Below, in pieces: positions 1 to 12,000 of a DNA stretch of 64,000 bases. Numbering within the stretch: position 1 is the stretch's first letter; every line of letters starts with the position of its first letter. Location: the NCBI GenBank assembly GCA_038087875.1, contig CM075994.1:11596001-11660000 (forward strand), read 5' to 3'. Made by a program: the position numbers and the translations under genes. The notes beneath the pieces are model-generated. The model saw only the letters and a list, made by a program, of their open reading frames with translations. It made no database searches and was not told the origin of the DNA. This DNA comes from Malacoraja senta (taxonomy: Eukaryota).

Positions 1-395
1 GTGCCGCTGTGTTTTTCTTGCACAAATAAAAGGCTCATCCCAATTCAACGAAACCTGTCACGCAACCTGGGGTGTCTCCATTTATTGCAGCAGCAGGGTG
101 GAATCTTCGGGCAAGGATAAAGGCGACGATGCCTGTGTTTTGGCCAATGTTTCGTCGTATATACCAACGTAATTAACTTAGAATATCTTGTCCACAATTT
201 ATGAACCAGCACAACCCACCGCCAACATGGCATTGGGCGTATTATACACGCTGTTCAATTATTTTCAGACTACCAATACAGAAGTCCTGATCAACATCAC
301 CGTTGACTTCGATCACTTCCGAAGGAAGCAAAGGATGATGGTGGATGGTAGACAAAAGTGCTGGAGAAACTCAGCGGGTGCGGCAGCATCTATGG

Positions 396-969
396 GCGGC
401 GGCACAGCGCTCGAACACCGTCACGGAGCGGGCGATGCCTCACCGGGTCGCCGTGCGTTGGCTCCGGAGTGCTGTGACCGCCGACTCCAACATCGAGGAG
501 CTGTGGCTGCGAGCGTCCAGCCGCGGGCCGGCGCTGGATTTAAAACACCGCGGAGCCTGGGATCCGAGATCGCCAGATTCGGAGCTCCAACCAGCGCGGC
601 CTGAGGACTTCGGGAGCCGCGGTCTCCGGGGTGGAATCGGCCGCTCCAGAGATTCCAAGCCGCTGAGGAGTGTTCACCCGACGCCGGAGTTCCATCTTCC
701 CAGCAAGAGGGCCTGAAGCATCAGGCTGCCGGAGCGGCGACCACGGAGCCACAATTGGCCCGACTATGGGTGAACAGGGGACGGGACTGGACTTTGCTGC
801 CTCCCCCCACTGTGGGAACCATTGTGGGGGGGGCTGTTTTTATGTTTATTGTTAAATTCTTTAAGGTTGTGTCTTAACTTTATTCGTGTGCTGAAATGGC
901 AAGTCAAATTTCACTACACCAATGGTATATGTGATAATAAAATGTCCTTTGTATCCTTTGTATCCTTTG
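396..969 (+). mobile_element. Non-autonomous retroposon with (TATCCTTTG)n tail, inserted into a Penelope terminal repeat
   Basis: Flanked by a TATGG duplication (391-395 and 970-974). Removing it restores the repeat seen intact near 35340-35395. It ends in GTGATAATAAA plus a short tandem tail. Confidence 0.7.
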
Positions 970-1084
970 TATGGAGCGAAGGAAATAGGCAACGCTTCGG
1001 GCCGAAACCCCTTCTTCAGCCGACTGGAGGCCTGTCACCAGTGGTGTGCTCAGCGATTGGTACTGAGCCCATTGCAGTTTGACA

Positions 1085-2140
1085 TTTAATTCAATGACGA
1101 ATAAGAACGTGCATGGCATGATTAGCAAATCTGCAGATGACACAAAAGTGGGGCCATTGTAGTTAGTGCAGATGATTGTCAGAAATATCAGCAGCATCTT
1201 GATCGGTTGGACAGGTGGGCTGAGGGGATCGTTAATGGGATTTAATGCAGATAAATGTGCGGTTGAATTTTGGGAAGTTTAACACGAATAATATGGCTCT
1301 GGGGAATGTTGTGGAGCCGACGGAACTGGGAGTGAAGGTTCACAGTTAACCACCGGGTGGCGCCGCCGCAGTGGCTGCCTCGCCAACAGTCTGTTTGTCC
1401 CCTCTCTGTTTTTATTATTTTAAGTATGTTTTAAAAGTATGTTTTAATGTTTCTTGGTCTGTTTATGTGGGGGTTGGGGGGGGGGGGGATTGGCGGAAAC
1501 TTTTTGTAACTCACTTACCTCGATGGAGATTCGATTTTCGCCGCATCGAATCTCCGTCCCCGTGTGGCAAACAACATGGTGGTGCGGCTTTCCTGAAGAC
1601 CGGCCCGGAGATTCGATCATCCCGACGCGAATGCTTGGACATCGGACCGTCGGCAGCGGCGACTGCGGAGATTTCAAAAGCCCGACCACGGGTGCACAAA
1701 GGAGGAAGATGATTGAAATGTATTAACTTCCATCACAGTGAGAATGTGGAATTGACAGTGGTGGATATTTATGTTAAATAATTTTAATTTATGTGGCTGT
1801 GTGTATTGTTGTTTTTTCACTTAGTATGGCTGTTTGGTAACTCAAATTTCACGGTATCTTAATTGGTACGTGTCAATTAAATTGAATCTTGAATCTTGAA
1901 TCTTGAATATTGATAGTTCCCTGAAAGCGGTGTTACAGGTAGATAGGGTGGTCAAAACGAGTTCAGCAAATTGTCCTTCGTTATTCAGAATATTGAATAT
2001 AGACGCGGGCAGTTCTCCTGGAGTTGGTGAGGCCGCATTTAGAGTAGTGTGTTCAGTTTTGGGAACCATGGTGCTGTCAAGCGGGAATGGGTGCAGAGAA
2101 GATGTATGAGGTTTGTAGCTAGGATTCGAACGGTGTGCGC
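1085..2140 (+). mobile_element. Degenerate CR1 LINE RT/3' fragment, interrupted by another retroposon (about 1348-1907)
   Basis: Reads GMISKSADDTKVG near 1115-1155 (CR1 FADD motif). CR1-like sequence resumes after the (TTGAATC)n tail at about 1880-1907. Confidence 0.65.
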
Positions 2141-4354
2141 TATAGTAGTGAGACGATGAAGATTCAAGGAATAAAGATGTGATAACGAATGGATACAGGT
2201 TGCGAACATAGGAACCAGTCGGACTACTCGGGTAAGGGAGCGGAAGAGAGAGGGAATGCAGGCTTTACTGGATATTAGAGAGATTAACATTAATACCTCA
2301 TGGTTGTAAGCTACACAAGCGAAATATGTGGTCTGTTCCTTAAATTTGCATATTGCTTCTGTAGGAGCCATTAAGCCTGTCAGTATATTATAGGCATGTC
2401 TAACATTTTTTAATATTTTAGTCTTTATATGTCTGTATTTTTGTAGGTGGGATTTGATATGTAGAAGGGGTGTGTCTATTTCTAGAGTAGACTTGCGCAG
2501 ACATAGATTATGAGTCAGTTGGGTCTTGGAAGGATGGTGGGAATACAGTTTTTTACCATTCATTCACACACATGTTAATGAGACGACATATTTTATAAGA
2601 AAAAACGTTTAGATGATTAATATGACATTAATGAAACAGCGGTTAAGAACGAAAAGTGAAGGATTATTTCTTTGCTATGTACTACTTCAATAAAATACCA
2701 AGTAATAAAGGAACAACGTTTGGAAGATTCGTTTTTGCTATCTTAAGTGTGCCTTATGTGTGTCGTGAGTGTGTCGTGAGTGTGTAAAATATACCTCCTA
2801 ACCATCCTCCGAGGAGTAATGGCTATCGAAGTTGGACTTTGAGAACGTCGTAAAAATTGCCATTTAAGCGTAACTTTGACAGTGGAGGAATCCCGTGTAA
2901 GAAAGGTCAATAGGGGAGTGGGGAGGGGAAGTTAAATGTTTGCAACAGGGAGATCGGATAAGCGGAGACGGGGTGTTCAGAACAACGATCGGCAGATGTT
3001 GCCTCTAGTCTTGCTCATACATAGGATTCCACGTGACAATTTAAATACGATTGCTCCTCATTTATTGAGAGTGGTCCGGTCGTTCAAAATCCTAGTGGTG
3101 AGTAGAAAGCATCCGATATGCGAATGTTTATGCAGAGGTACTCGTCCAACCAAGTGGAGAACATCTTTTCCTACAGATGGTGGTGTGGCTTTGGAGATGC
3201 TGAGTGAGTCCACTCTTTCAAATCCCGTTTCGGCGAAGCTCTGAAAGCCCTCGCAACAATTTATGGCTATCCATATTTCTGGGCTAAGATTACCATGATT
3301 ATGTTGCTGGTATGACATTGGGCAACACCATCTTCCACCCTCAGTATATTGTTCACAATTACTTGTTATATCCAGCTGAGTTCAAGTGTTGTATGCTTTG
3401 ATTGATGGACTATATTAATGGGATCCTGCTTGCTGTACTCAGTCGATGTCTCCGGATGACTTCTACTTCCTCTTGCGTTTGCGTCAGCAGAAGTCCGCAG
3501 CAGGGTGATGCCATCCGGTTTGACATCCAGAGATGCCCTCCCTAAAAGGGCGCATGCTCCGGGTTGGCGCCAAGCTGCGGCGCTGCTGCTGTCTCTGCTT
3601 ATTGTCGTTCGCCCGGCTGAGGTCAGTTGCCAGGGCTCACCACGGGCAGGTCCGGATGACATTGATATGCGACGTTTCTGGAGGGAGTGCTTCTTCACCG
3701 AGTACGTAACGAATATGAATTATTGTTAACATTAACCAAAACAAATTACCAGTCCCGGATTCTCATCAAAACCCCCTCTTGATCCAAATAGACCTTATCA
3801 CTGCCTAGACAGCAGAGGCAACTTACAGTTGCCAATCAACCTATTAACTCACACATTCTTGGAATGTTGGAGAGAAAGAGAGCAACCGAGAGGAAACCAT
3901 GCGCTGACAGGGGAAGTGTAAACTTTACACAGAGACCCGGATTAAGCAATGGTCTCTGACTCTGAAAATCAGTGACTCTGCCTTCTGCGCTATTGGGTTG
4001 TCAGCTGTTAAACCGTGTTAACCAAATTAGCTTGCATAGAATCTGATTAAAATCATTCCAAGAAGCTGATCCCCGCGCTAGCTGCTTGAACATTACTGAA
4101 ATAATGGCCCAGCGTGGCATTAAAACCAACTATAATCTCGGCGTTTCACGTAATTAGGAAATATGAGGGAAGTAACGGATGGGTGGAGCTGACATCCACA
4201 ATCAGACATCATCCTGATGAATAGACAAGCAGCCAGATGCCGACTCTTGCTTTTAATATCACCATGCTGACTTGATTGCATGGAAAACTACTCCTGCGGT
4301 GAGAAATATTCCGGTCATCTGAAGAGCTGAATTTTGCTGCTCCTTTGAAATATT

Positions 4355-4750
4355 CTGACGTATACTCTGGGATTTAGAAGGATGGGAGAGGATCTAATTG
4401 AAGCATATAAGATTATTAAGGGTGTGGACATGCTAGAGACGCGAAAATGTTCCCGATATTGGGGATGTCCAGAGCCAGGGGCCACAGCTTAACAATAAGG
4501 CGTAAGCCATTTGGAACGTGAGGAAATACTTTTTCACACAGAGTGTTGTGAGTCTGTGGAATTCTCTGCCTCAGAGGGCGGTTGAGGCCGGTGCTCTGGA
4601 TACTTTCAAGAGAGAGCTAGATAGGGCTCTTAAAGATAGGGGATGTGGGGAGACGGCAGCAACGGGGTACTGATTGGCTATGATCAGCCATGATCACATT
4701 GAATGGCGGTGCTAGCTCGAAGGGCCGATTGGCTATTGTCTATTGTATTT
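4355..4750 (+). mobile_element. CR1 LINE 3' end with (CTATTGT)n tail
   Basis: Matches the ORF2 C-terminus and 3' UTR of other CR1 copies in the window, for example 48150-48567. Confidence 0.8.
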
Positions 4751-5569
4751 TGTCTATTCAGAGGTTATTAAGGATAATCCAGACAAAGCGGCGGGACAAA
4801 TCACAGACCTTGGAGAAGGTGCTACATGATTGCCTGATCATCTCGCCACCGTAAATGCATTCGCAGTGCATTGATCACAACAGGTTTCAACATTGAAGTT
4901 GTAGAGACATCCAAATTGTCTCGAATGTTCAAAATATCCCATTTCATCGCAAGATTTGTGCATGTAACAAATATGGGGATCAAGACACATATGGATAATT
5001 TGTCTCTTAACAAATTAATTTTATTGCATAGGTTTGACCTATTCCGTTCAAACCAATACAGAATTGAGATCATTGGTACATTACTGTAAATTTTCTACAG
5101 ATCGGGCAAATTCGCAATTTTAACGGGAGCCGTACCTCGCTATCCTCTATGAATCAGAACGACCAACAGCTAGAGAACCGCACGAAAATCCATAATGTTG
5201 TTCATTTATACATCTAGCAGTTTCATATTACTTTGGCTCGTATCCACGATTTATTTCGTATACGTAAACGTTACTAATGTTGAATACTCCTTCAGAAAAG
5301 ATAGGATATATGCTGCAGCTTCTGAACCCGTGCAAAAACACATTTACTTATGCAGTGGTTGAAAGAAAATACACAACAGTGTTAAAGAACATATTACTGT
5401 ACTCTTTTGCGGTCGTCGTCAAATTAATTAAATATCTCAAGCAGCAGATTGATTTGTATAACTGAATTAACAGGAAACTACAACAAATTTGATTTGCACA
5501 CCTCTGCTTCGTGACAAACACATGACAAATTTTTGGCCTTTATTGCGACATCGTTTTTTGATTCTTCAT

Positions 5570-5810
5570 CGGCACGGCGGCGCATCGGGGGGTTGCTGCC
5601 TTGCAGCGCCGGAGACCCGGGGTTCTTTCCTGTCTACGGGCACTGTCAGTACGGAGTTTGTACTTTTTCCCCGTGACCGTGTTTGTTTTCCCGAGATCTT
5701 CGGTTTCCCCGCACACACCAGAAACGTACAGGTTTGCAGTTAATTGGCTCGCTATAAATATAAATTGTCCCTAGTGTGTGTAGCATGGAGTTAATGTTCC
5801 GATCGGCCTC
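5570..5810 (+). mobile_element. tRNA-derived SINE (V-SINE/HE1-like)
   Basis: tRNA-like head GGCACGGCGGCGC...GAGACCCGGGTTC and core CCGTGACC...GGTTTCC, shared with copies at 30428 and 34810. Confidence 0.7.
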
Positions 5811-5819
5811 GTTGAGTGA

Positions 5820-6830
5820 AGTGCCTTGGAGAGGTAAAGCGTGAGTATTTGGCTCAAGAGCCTTCGGCGAGGAGGCTGAGGGGAGGAGGCTACATTTATT
5901 TAGTTGTGTGTTTAATTTTAATTTGAATATTTAAACTTTTTGGCGTCATGGCAGGAATATTACTGCAGTGCGTTTGCTGCAGGATTTGGGAAGTCAGGGT
6001 GTCACTAATTACTATACCTGTGGAATTGTGTCCATATGCTGCTCCTCAATGACCGAGTTAGAGAAATGGAGCAGCAGGTGGATGACCTACCATCCATCCG
6101 GGTAGACGAACGCTTGCTCGACATGACCGGCGAGACGAGGTCAGGCAGAGCCAAAGTGGTGGGTGACTCCATTGTCAGAGGTGTGGACAGGAGATTCTGT
6201 GGCGGCAAGCGAGACTCGAGGAAGATGAGTTCCCTCCATGGTGCCAGGGTTCAAGATGGCTCAGACCGAATTAAGAACATCTTCCTGACGGAAGATGAGC
6301 AGCCGGAAGTAGTTGTGCATGTAGGCACATATGACGTGGGTAAGAAGAGAAAGGGGGTTCTGCAACGTGAATATAGAGAAATAGGTAGGAGGCTGAAAAT
6401 CCGGACTTCCAGGGTGGTTATCTCTGGGTTGCTTTCCAGTACTTCGTGCTAATGAGGGTAGGAACAGGGAGATAGGGGATCTGAATGTGAGGCTGAGGAG
6501 TTGGTGCAGGGAACAGGGATTTCGTTTTCTAGACCACTGGGATCTCTCTGGGGAAGGCGTGACCTGCACAAAAGGGACGTGTTGCACCTTAATTGGAGGG
6601 CGACCGACACGCTTATTGTAATCGTATACAGACCACCAAAGAAACAGTAGGGAGGATGTGGATACCATCAAGTAGAGAATTAGGGATGCGAGAAGCAAAG
6701 GTACAGCAGTTATCATGGGTGACATTAATCTACATAAAGATTGGGGCAACCAAATTGATAGCAGCGCTGAGGAGGAGGATTTCCTGGAATGTATACGGCA
6801 TGGTTTCTTAAAGCAATATCTAGAAGAAGA
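5820..6830 (+). mobile_element. CR1 LINE 5' part: ORF1 SGNH-esterase-like region plus endonuclease fragment
   Basis: ORF 6036-6452 has VVGDSIVRGVDRRFCG...VVHVGTYD, homologous to ORF1 of the CR1 at about 61090-61600. An endonuclease remnant (VIMGD) lies near 6710. Confidence 0.8.
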
Positions 6831-7211
6831 TCTCTACTCGACTATCACCTTTATAAAATAGACACAAAAAGCTGCGGCAACTCAGCGGGACAGGCAGCAT
6901 CTCTGGAGAGAAGAATGGGTGACGTTTCGGATCGAGACCCTTTTTCAGACTGGTTATGGTACTGGGAAAAGGTGTTCTTCAATATGCCGGGAGCCTGTAA
7001 AGACAGGCATGGCACTGCCTGTGCGATTTTGTTCATTATTAGTTTGCGAAATAATCTGCAAAGATTATTTTTCAGAATCGGCCATATGTGTGCGACACGA
7101 GGAAAACGAGCAGAGCACAACTTCGATCAATCCTCTTATTTCGCACGAAAAACTGTCAAACTTAAGTTCTCCTGGAACAATTAACGTGGTTAATTTTAAT
7201 TTCGTCCAACT

Positions 7212-7584
7212 GATAACACCCTGGCAATCGTCATTCTCTCCCGGGGAAAGTGTGGTCTATCTCTATCCAAAGGTATCACCCGCTATCTGGCATCAATGGC
7301 CGTAGCTGATTTAATGGTTTTAATTTTTGATGTAATATTGTACACGATTAATGATGGCTATTTTCCTTATTCATTAGTGAACTTAACTCACATTTCTAGA
7401 TTAATCCTGATCTTAGTTTTATTTCCAGTGACTGATCTGTCTGGCTAACGGTAACTTTCACCTTCGATCGGTTTTATCGGCATTTTGTAATCCGAAGTTA
7501 CGAACAGAATATTGCACTGAGAAAATTGCAGCTTTGGTGATAGCATTGGACGTGCATCTTAAGTATTTTCAAATTATCCCAGTA
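7212..7584 (+). pseudogene. GPR139/GPR142-like class A GPCR pseudogene fragment (TM1 end to TM4)
   Basis: Manual translation LAIVILSRGKCGLSLSKGITRYLASMAVADLMVLIFDVILY..., then after frameshifts D*SVWLTVTFTFDRF and KLRTEYCTEKIAALVIA. It has a DRF motif, stops and frameshifts, and is cut at 7585. Confidence 0.8.
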
Positions 7585-8774
7585 TCTATATTACTAAAAC
7601 AAAGATCTTGACCATTTCCTGACTTCCTGTTTCGTGATTTTAGAAAAAAACGCCGCCACTCACGGCCGTGATGTTTGGCCACCTCAGAGTTGCCCTCAGC
7701 TGTGCTGGACGAGAGGATTTTCCCATCGATGAAAAATCAAAGAATTGTTAATGTTTTTAAAAATGTTGCCATTCTCTCTGCTGCCCTCGCTGGTGGCAGG
7801 GGGGGGGGACTATAAAACCCGGAAGTGTCGTGCCTCACTCAGTCTTTACGAGATGGAGGAAGCGAGAGGGTCACGTCTCTCTGAACTGTGAATAACAGGA
7901 ACGCATGTCTACTCAACGGTGTGATGTGGTTGTAAAATGTTTGCAAAATTGTTTGTCGTGCTTCTAAAATGGTCGTAGGTAATCTATGGGTTGTAAAACG
8001 TTTGCAAAATTGTTTGGCTTGCTTCGAAAAGAAAGTTTGCTGAAAAAGTATTGGTTGTAAAATGTTTGCAACATTGTTTGTCTTGCTTCTAAAAAATGTT
8101 TGCAAAAAATGTATTGGTTGTAAAATGTTTGCAAAATTGTTTGTCTTGGTTGCAAAAAAGTGCACAAAATGTATTGGTCGTAAAATGTTTGCAAAATTGT
8201 TTGTCTTGCTTCTTAAAAATGTTTGCAGAAAATGTTTCACAATTTTTTTTCTTGGTTTTAAAATGCTTGCAACAGTTTTCGGATGGATAAAGCGTGAAGA
8301 AACATTTTATTAGAGCAGGACTGTGTTTAATTGCAAAATTGGCGCACAAACCGTGACTTCGGCTTAGTGGCAAAATGGCGCTGATGACGTCATTTTCCGG
8401 TTCGTGGCAAGATGGCGCTGAGTGGAGAAGGCGCCGTTGAATAATTCAATGGACCTTATTGCTCTGTCTATGGTGAGTGTGTTTGTTGGACGTTATTTAA
8501 AGCACGTTCTTGCTTCAGCAGCAGCAGCCTCTACAGGAGGCTGTAAACGTTTGAATCATTCGGTTTACACACTGTATGTTTACCACGTTCTGAAGTTACT
8601 TGGCATTTTAGTATTGGTGGGTGTGAGAGTGTGTGATTGCTTGAGTGAGTCTGTTGTGTGTCTGTGTGTGAGTCTGTGTGTTTGTGCGTGTGTTTGCAGA
8701 AAATATATTGGGTTGTACAATGTTTGCAAAATTGTTTTTCTTGCTTTAAAAAAAATGTTTGCAGAAAATGTATT
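7585..8774 (+). mobile_element. Putative non-autonomous Helitron-like element, 5' part
   Basis: Starts A|TCTATATTACTAAAAC, resembling a Helitron 5' TC end, exactly where GPCR homology stops. It carries an internal minisatellite. No 3' CTAG/hairpin end was identified. Confidence 0.4.
7927..8280. repeat. AT-rich minisatellite, unit about 69 bp
   Basis: Repeated GGTTGTAAAATGTTTGCAAAATTGTTTGTCTTGCTT..., with one further unit at about 8690-8774. Confidence 0.85.
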
Positions 8775-8982
8775 TGTAGATTGATGATGCAGGTGAACCA
8801 ATCACACTTAGCCAGCATCACTAACTCCACCCCACTATAACATTTATACTAACGCCTATTCCCAGCACCGTCACTCTGAGCAGCTAGGATGAACTGACAA
8901 CACCTTGTCTTAAATGCTGCCAGGTTACAGTGCTGATTAAAGATGTGTTTAAACCATATACTGTCTCAGGTGCCTGTTTACA
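8775..8982 (+). repeat. 5' LTR (208 bp)
   Basis: TGTAGATTGATG...TGTTTACA, direct repeat of 13252-13460. Confidence 0.95.
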
Positions 8983-9062
8983 TGCGTCAGAATTGGTCTT
9001 AGCCACTCCCTCTTGTATAACGGTTTTTATTTTATCTTTTATGAGTTTTGCTTTACTTTACG

Positions 9063-12000
9063 ATGGCTTCTTCTTGTCGAAAGCCTGACCCTCTTGTCTT
9101 TGAGGCGGATATCAGCGAACGCTGGGCCACGTTTGAAATTGATTACCAGCACTATATGAACATTGTACACCGAAATGAACCAGATGCTGTCAAGGCCTCG
9201 CTCCTGCTCAACGTTGCGGGCCCAGATGCCCTTCGTCGATCCAGAACATTCCGTTATGCTCTGGCTATCCGTGCTGCCAACGACCAGGCAAATTACACCG
9301 GCGGAATGTCCTACTGACACTAATGTTTTGCTGCGTAAACTAAGCCAGATCTGTGGCCTGCCCTCAAGTCATATTTTGGACAGGGCAAGATTTGTCTCTC
9401 GTCGTCCGTTTCCCGGGGAACGAGTTGACTCATTTATTTCATCTTTGATGTATTTAGCCCAACGTTGCAGATTCCAGGATATGCCGGTTGATCAGCTGAC
9501 TGATCAGTTAACGAGGGACATTTTAGTGAATGGCATTAGTGATCTAAAGCTCAGATCAGAGCTCCTGAGAAGGCCAGATTTAACGCTCGATGATGCTGTT
9601 CATGCATGTAGAACCGCCGAACTTTCGATCCCATAGAAAGCATGAAAGCAAAACCATCAATCTGGCGGGCCTCACTAGGCAGCGAACATACACAGATAAC
9701 AGCCGATTTATGACCCAAGCTAGTCAGGCAGTTCACAGCGGTCCTCCGAAGAGATGTGCTAACTGCAGTTATATACACAACAGACAATACGCCTGCCCCG
9801 CCCTCGGGAAGGCTTGCAATTACTGCAAAAAGCTAAATCACTTTGCCTCAGTCTGTCGGGCTGCAATTAGGGCCCGAGGAAAGAATGCGCCCAGTCCCAA
9901 GTCTAATCTCAATTTTTGCAACGAGACAGCAACATACTGCCTCCCCATTTCCAGCCCGAAACCGCCCCCGAATACAGCCCAATTAACTCGCAAGACGACC
10001 CGACTGTTTACATGTTACAGCATGCTGCTACAAAGAATTCTGATCCTACAGTGACGATATCTATAAACAAGGTTGCTTTTGGCGCGAAATTAGATACGGG
10101 CGCGAAAGTCAACACTCTTTCAATCAACCTCTTTAACAAGATTAGAGCTAGCGAGCCACTTGTCAAGGAGACATCCACTTTACATGCTTTTGGAGGGGAG
10201 GTGCTGGTTCCCCTGGGCAAAACCAAGTTGAAATGTATACTAAAGAAAACAACGAGGGAATTGACCTTCTATGTGTTGAACTTTAAGTCAGTTACTCTGC
10301 TTGGCAATCGTGCCTGTCAGGAACTGGGGCTAATTTCCTTTGACAGAACCGTCCACAAACTGCAAGTTTATTTTGACCAACTGAATGAATTCCCTGATCT
10401 CTTCGACAACAACCTAGGCAAGTTGCCTGTGTCCTACAAGATTATTACTGACCCCGATGTGGCACCCGTTATCTGACCCCCGCACCGATTGTCATTTGTC
10501 ATGACTGACAGGGTTCACTCTATGCTGAAGGGCATGGCCTCCAAAGGCGTAATTGAAGCAGTCAGCGACCCCACCGACTGTGTCTCAACCATGATTGCCA
10601 CAGTCAAGAAGGGAAAGAATGAAATCCGCCTGTGCATTAATCCAAAAGACCTGAACACTGCCATTAAGCGCCCACACCATCCCATGAAGACAGTAGAGGA
10701 TGTAGCGGCAAAGATCGGAAGGGCCACCCTGTTTTCTGTCCTAGATGCAAAGAACTCATTCTGGAAGATACCGCTGGACAATAATTCATCTAGCCTCACC
10801 ACATTTGCCACCCCATTCGGCAGATATAAGTTTCTGAGAATGCCATTCCGGATCAACCCCGCCAGTGAAGTCTTCCAAAGAACTATGGAGCAATTATTCG
10901 AGGATCTGCCTTGTGCCATTATTGTCGACGATATCCTCGTCTATGGGAAACACGCAGCGCGACACGATCACAATCTCAGGCTCATCTTGGAGCGTGCTGT
11001 CAAGATCAACCTCAAGCTCAATCCTGACAAGTGCAAGTTCAGGGTTCCAGTGGTCTCCTATGTCGGCCTCATCTTCATCCATGATGGCCTCAAATCCGAT
11101 CTGAAGAAAACTACTGCCATCACAGAAATGCCTGCACCCACAGACGTGAAAGGCCTGCAACGTTTCCTGGGCATGGTAAACTATCTCGGAAAGTTTATTC
11201 CGAACCTCAGCGAACTAAGCTCCACAATGCGGCAGCTGACCAAAAGGACACTGTATGGTCATGGTTCCAGCAACACCAGGTTGCCTTTGATGTTCTAAAA
11301 TCCAAACTGGTCAGTGCACCGACCCTGACTTTTTTCGACCTGAAACGTCCGGTGACGATCGCCTGCGATGCCTGGAAATTCGGGCTCGGCGCAGCCTGCC
11401 TGCAACCATCTGGCGGTGGCACCCTACTACCTGTCGCGTATGCCTCTCGCACAATGACCTACATGGAGCAGCACTACGCGCAAATCGAAAAGGAACTGCT
11501 GGCTGTCGTCTTTGCCTGCTCCAAATTCCACGACTTCGTCTATGGCAACACGTTCACCATAGACGAAGTGACAATCCTGTGACAATCCTGAACAAGCCCT
11601 TCCATGCCGCGCCAGCTCGCTTGCAGCACATGATGATGCAGCTGCAGCGGTACGACTTCTCTATTACCGACACAAAGGGTAAGGACATGCATGTTGCTGA
11701 CACACTCTCTCGTGCACCTCGAGCATCTTGTGAACAACACCGCCATACACAGTAGCATTTCACGGTCCTCGGTGTCGATCTCGTCTCCAGTAAGCAACTG
11801 CGGACCCTGGCCCGCGCACACTGCCACTGACGATACGCTTCAAACCCTCTCATCCATCATCAAAACAGGCTGGCCAGACAAACAATCCCACACGCCCACA
11901 GAGGTGCAGCCGTTCTTCTTGGTCCGTGATGAACTGGTGGTTCAGGATGGTGTTGTTGTTAAGGGTCACAAGGTAGTGATACCCTCATCGATACGAGACG

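Noticed and set aside
2039..3400. ORFs of 86-174 aa in AT-rich sequence
   Set aside because: No recognisable motifs or exon structure, so they were left unassigned.
7839..8373. Repetitive ORFs (TNNFANIL..., CKHF...)
   Set aside because: They are translations of a minisatellite, open in several frames on both strands.
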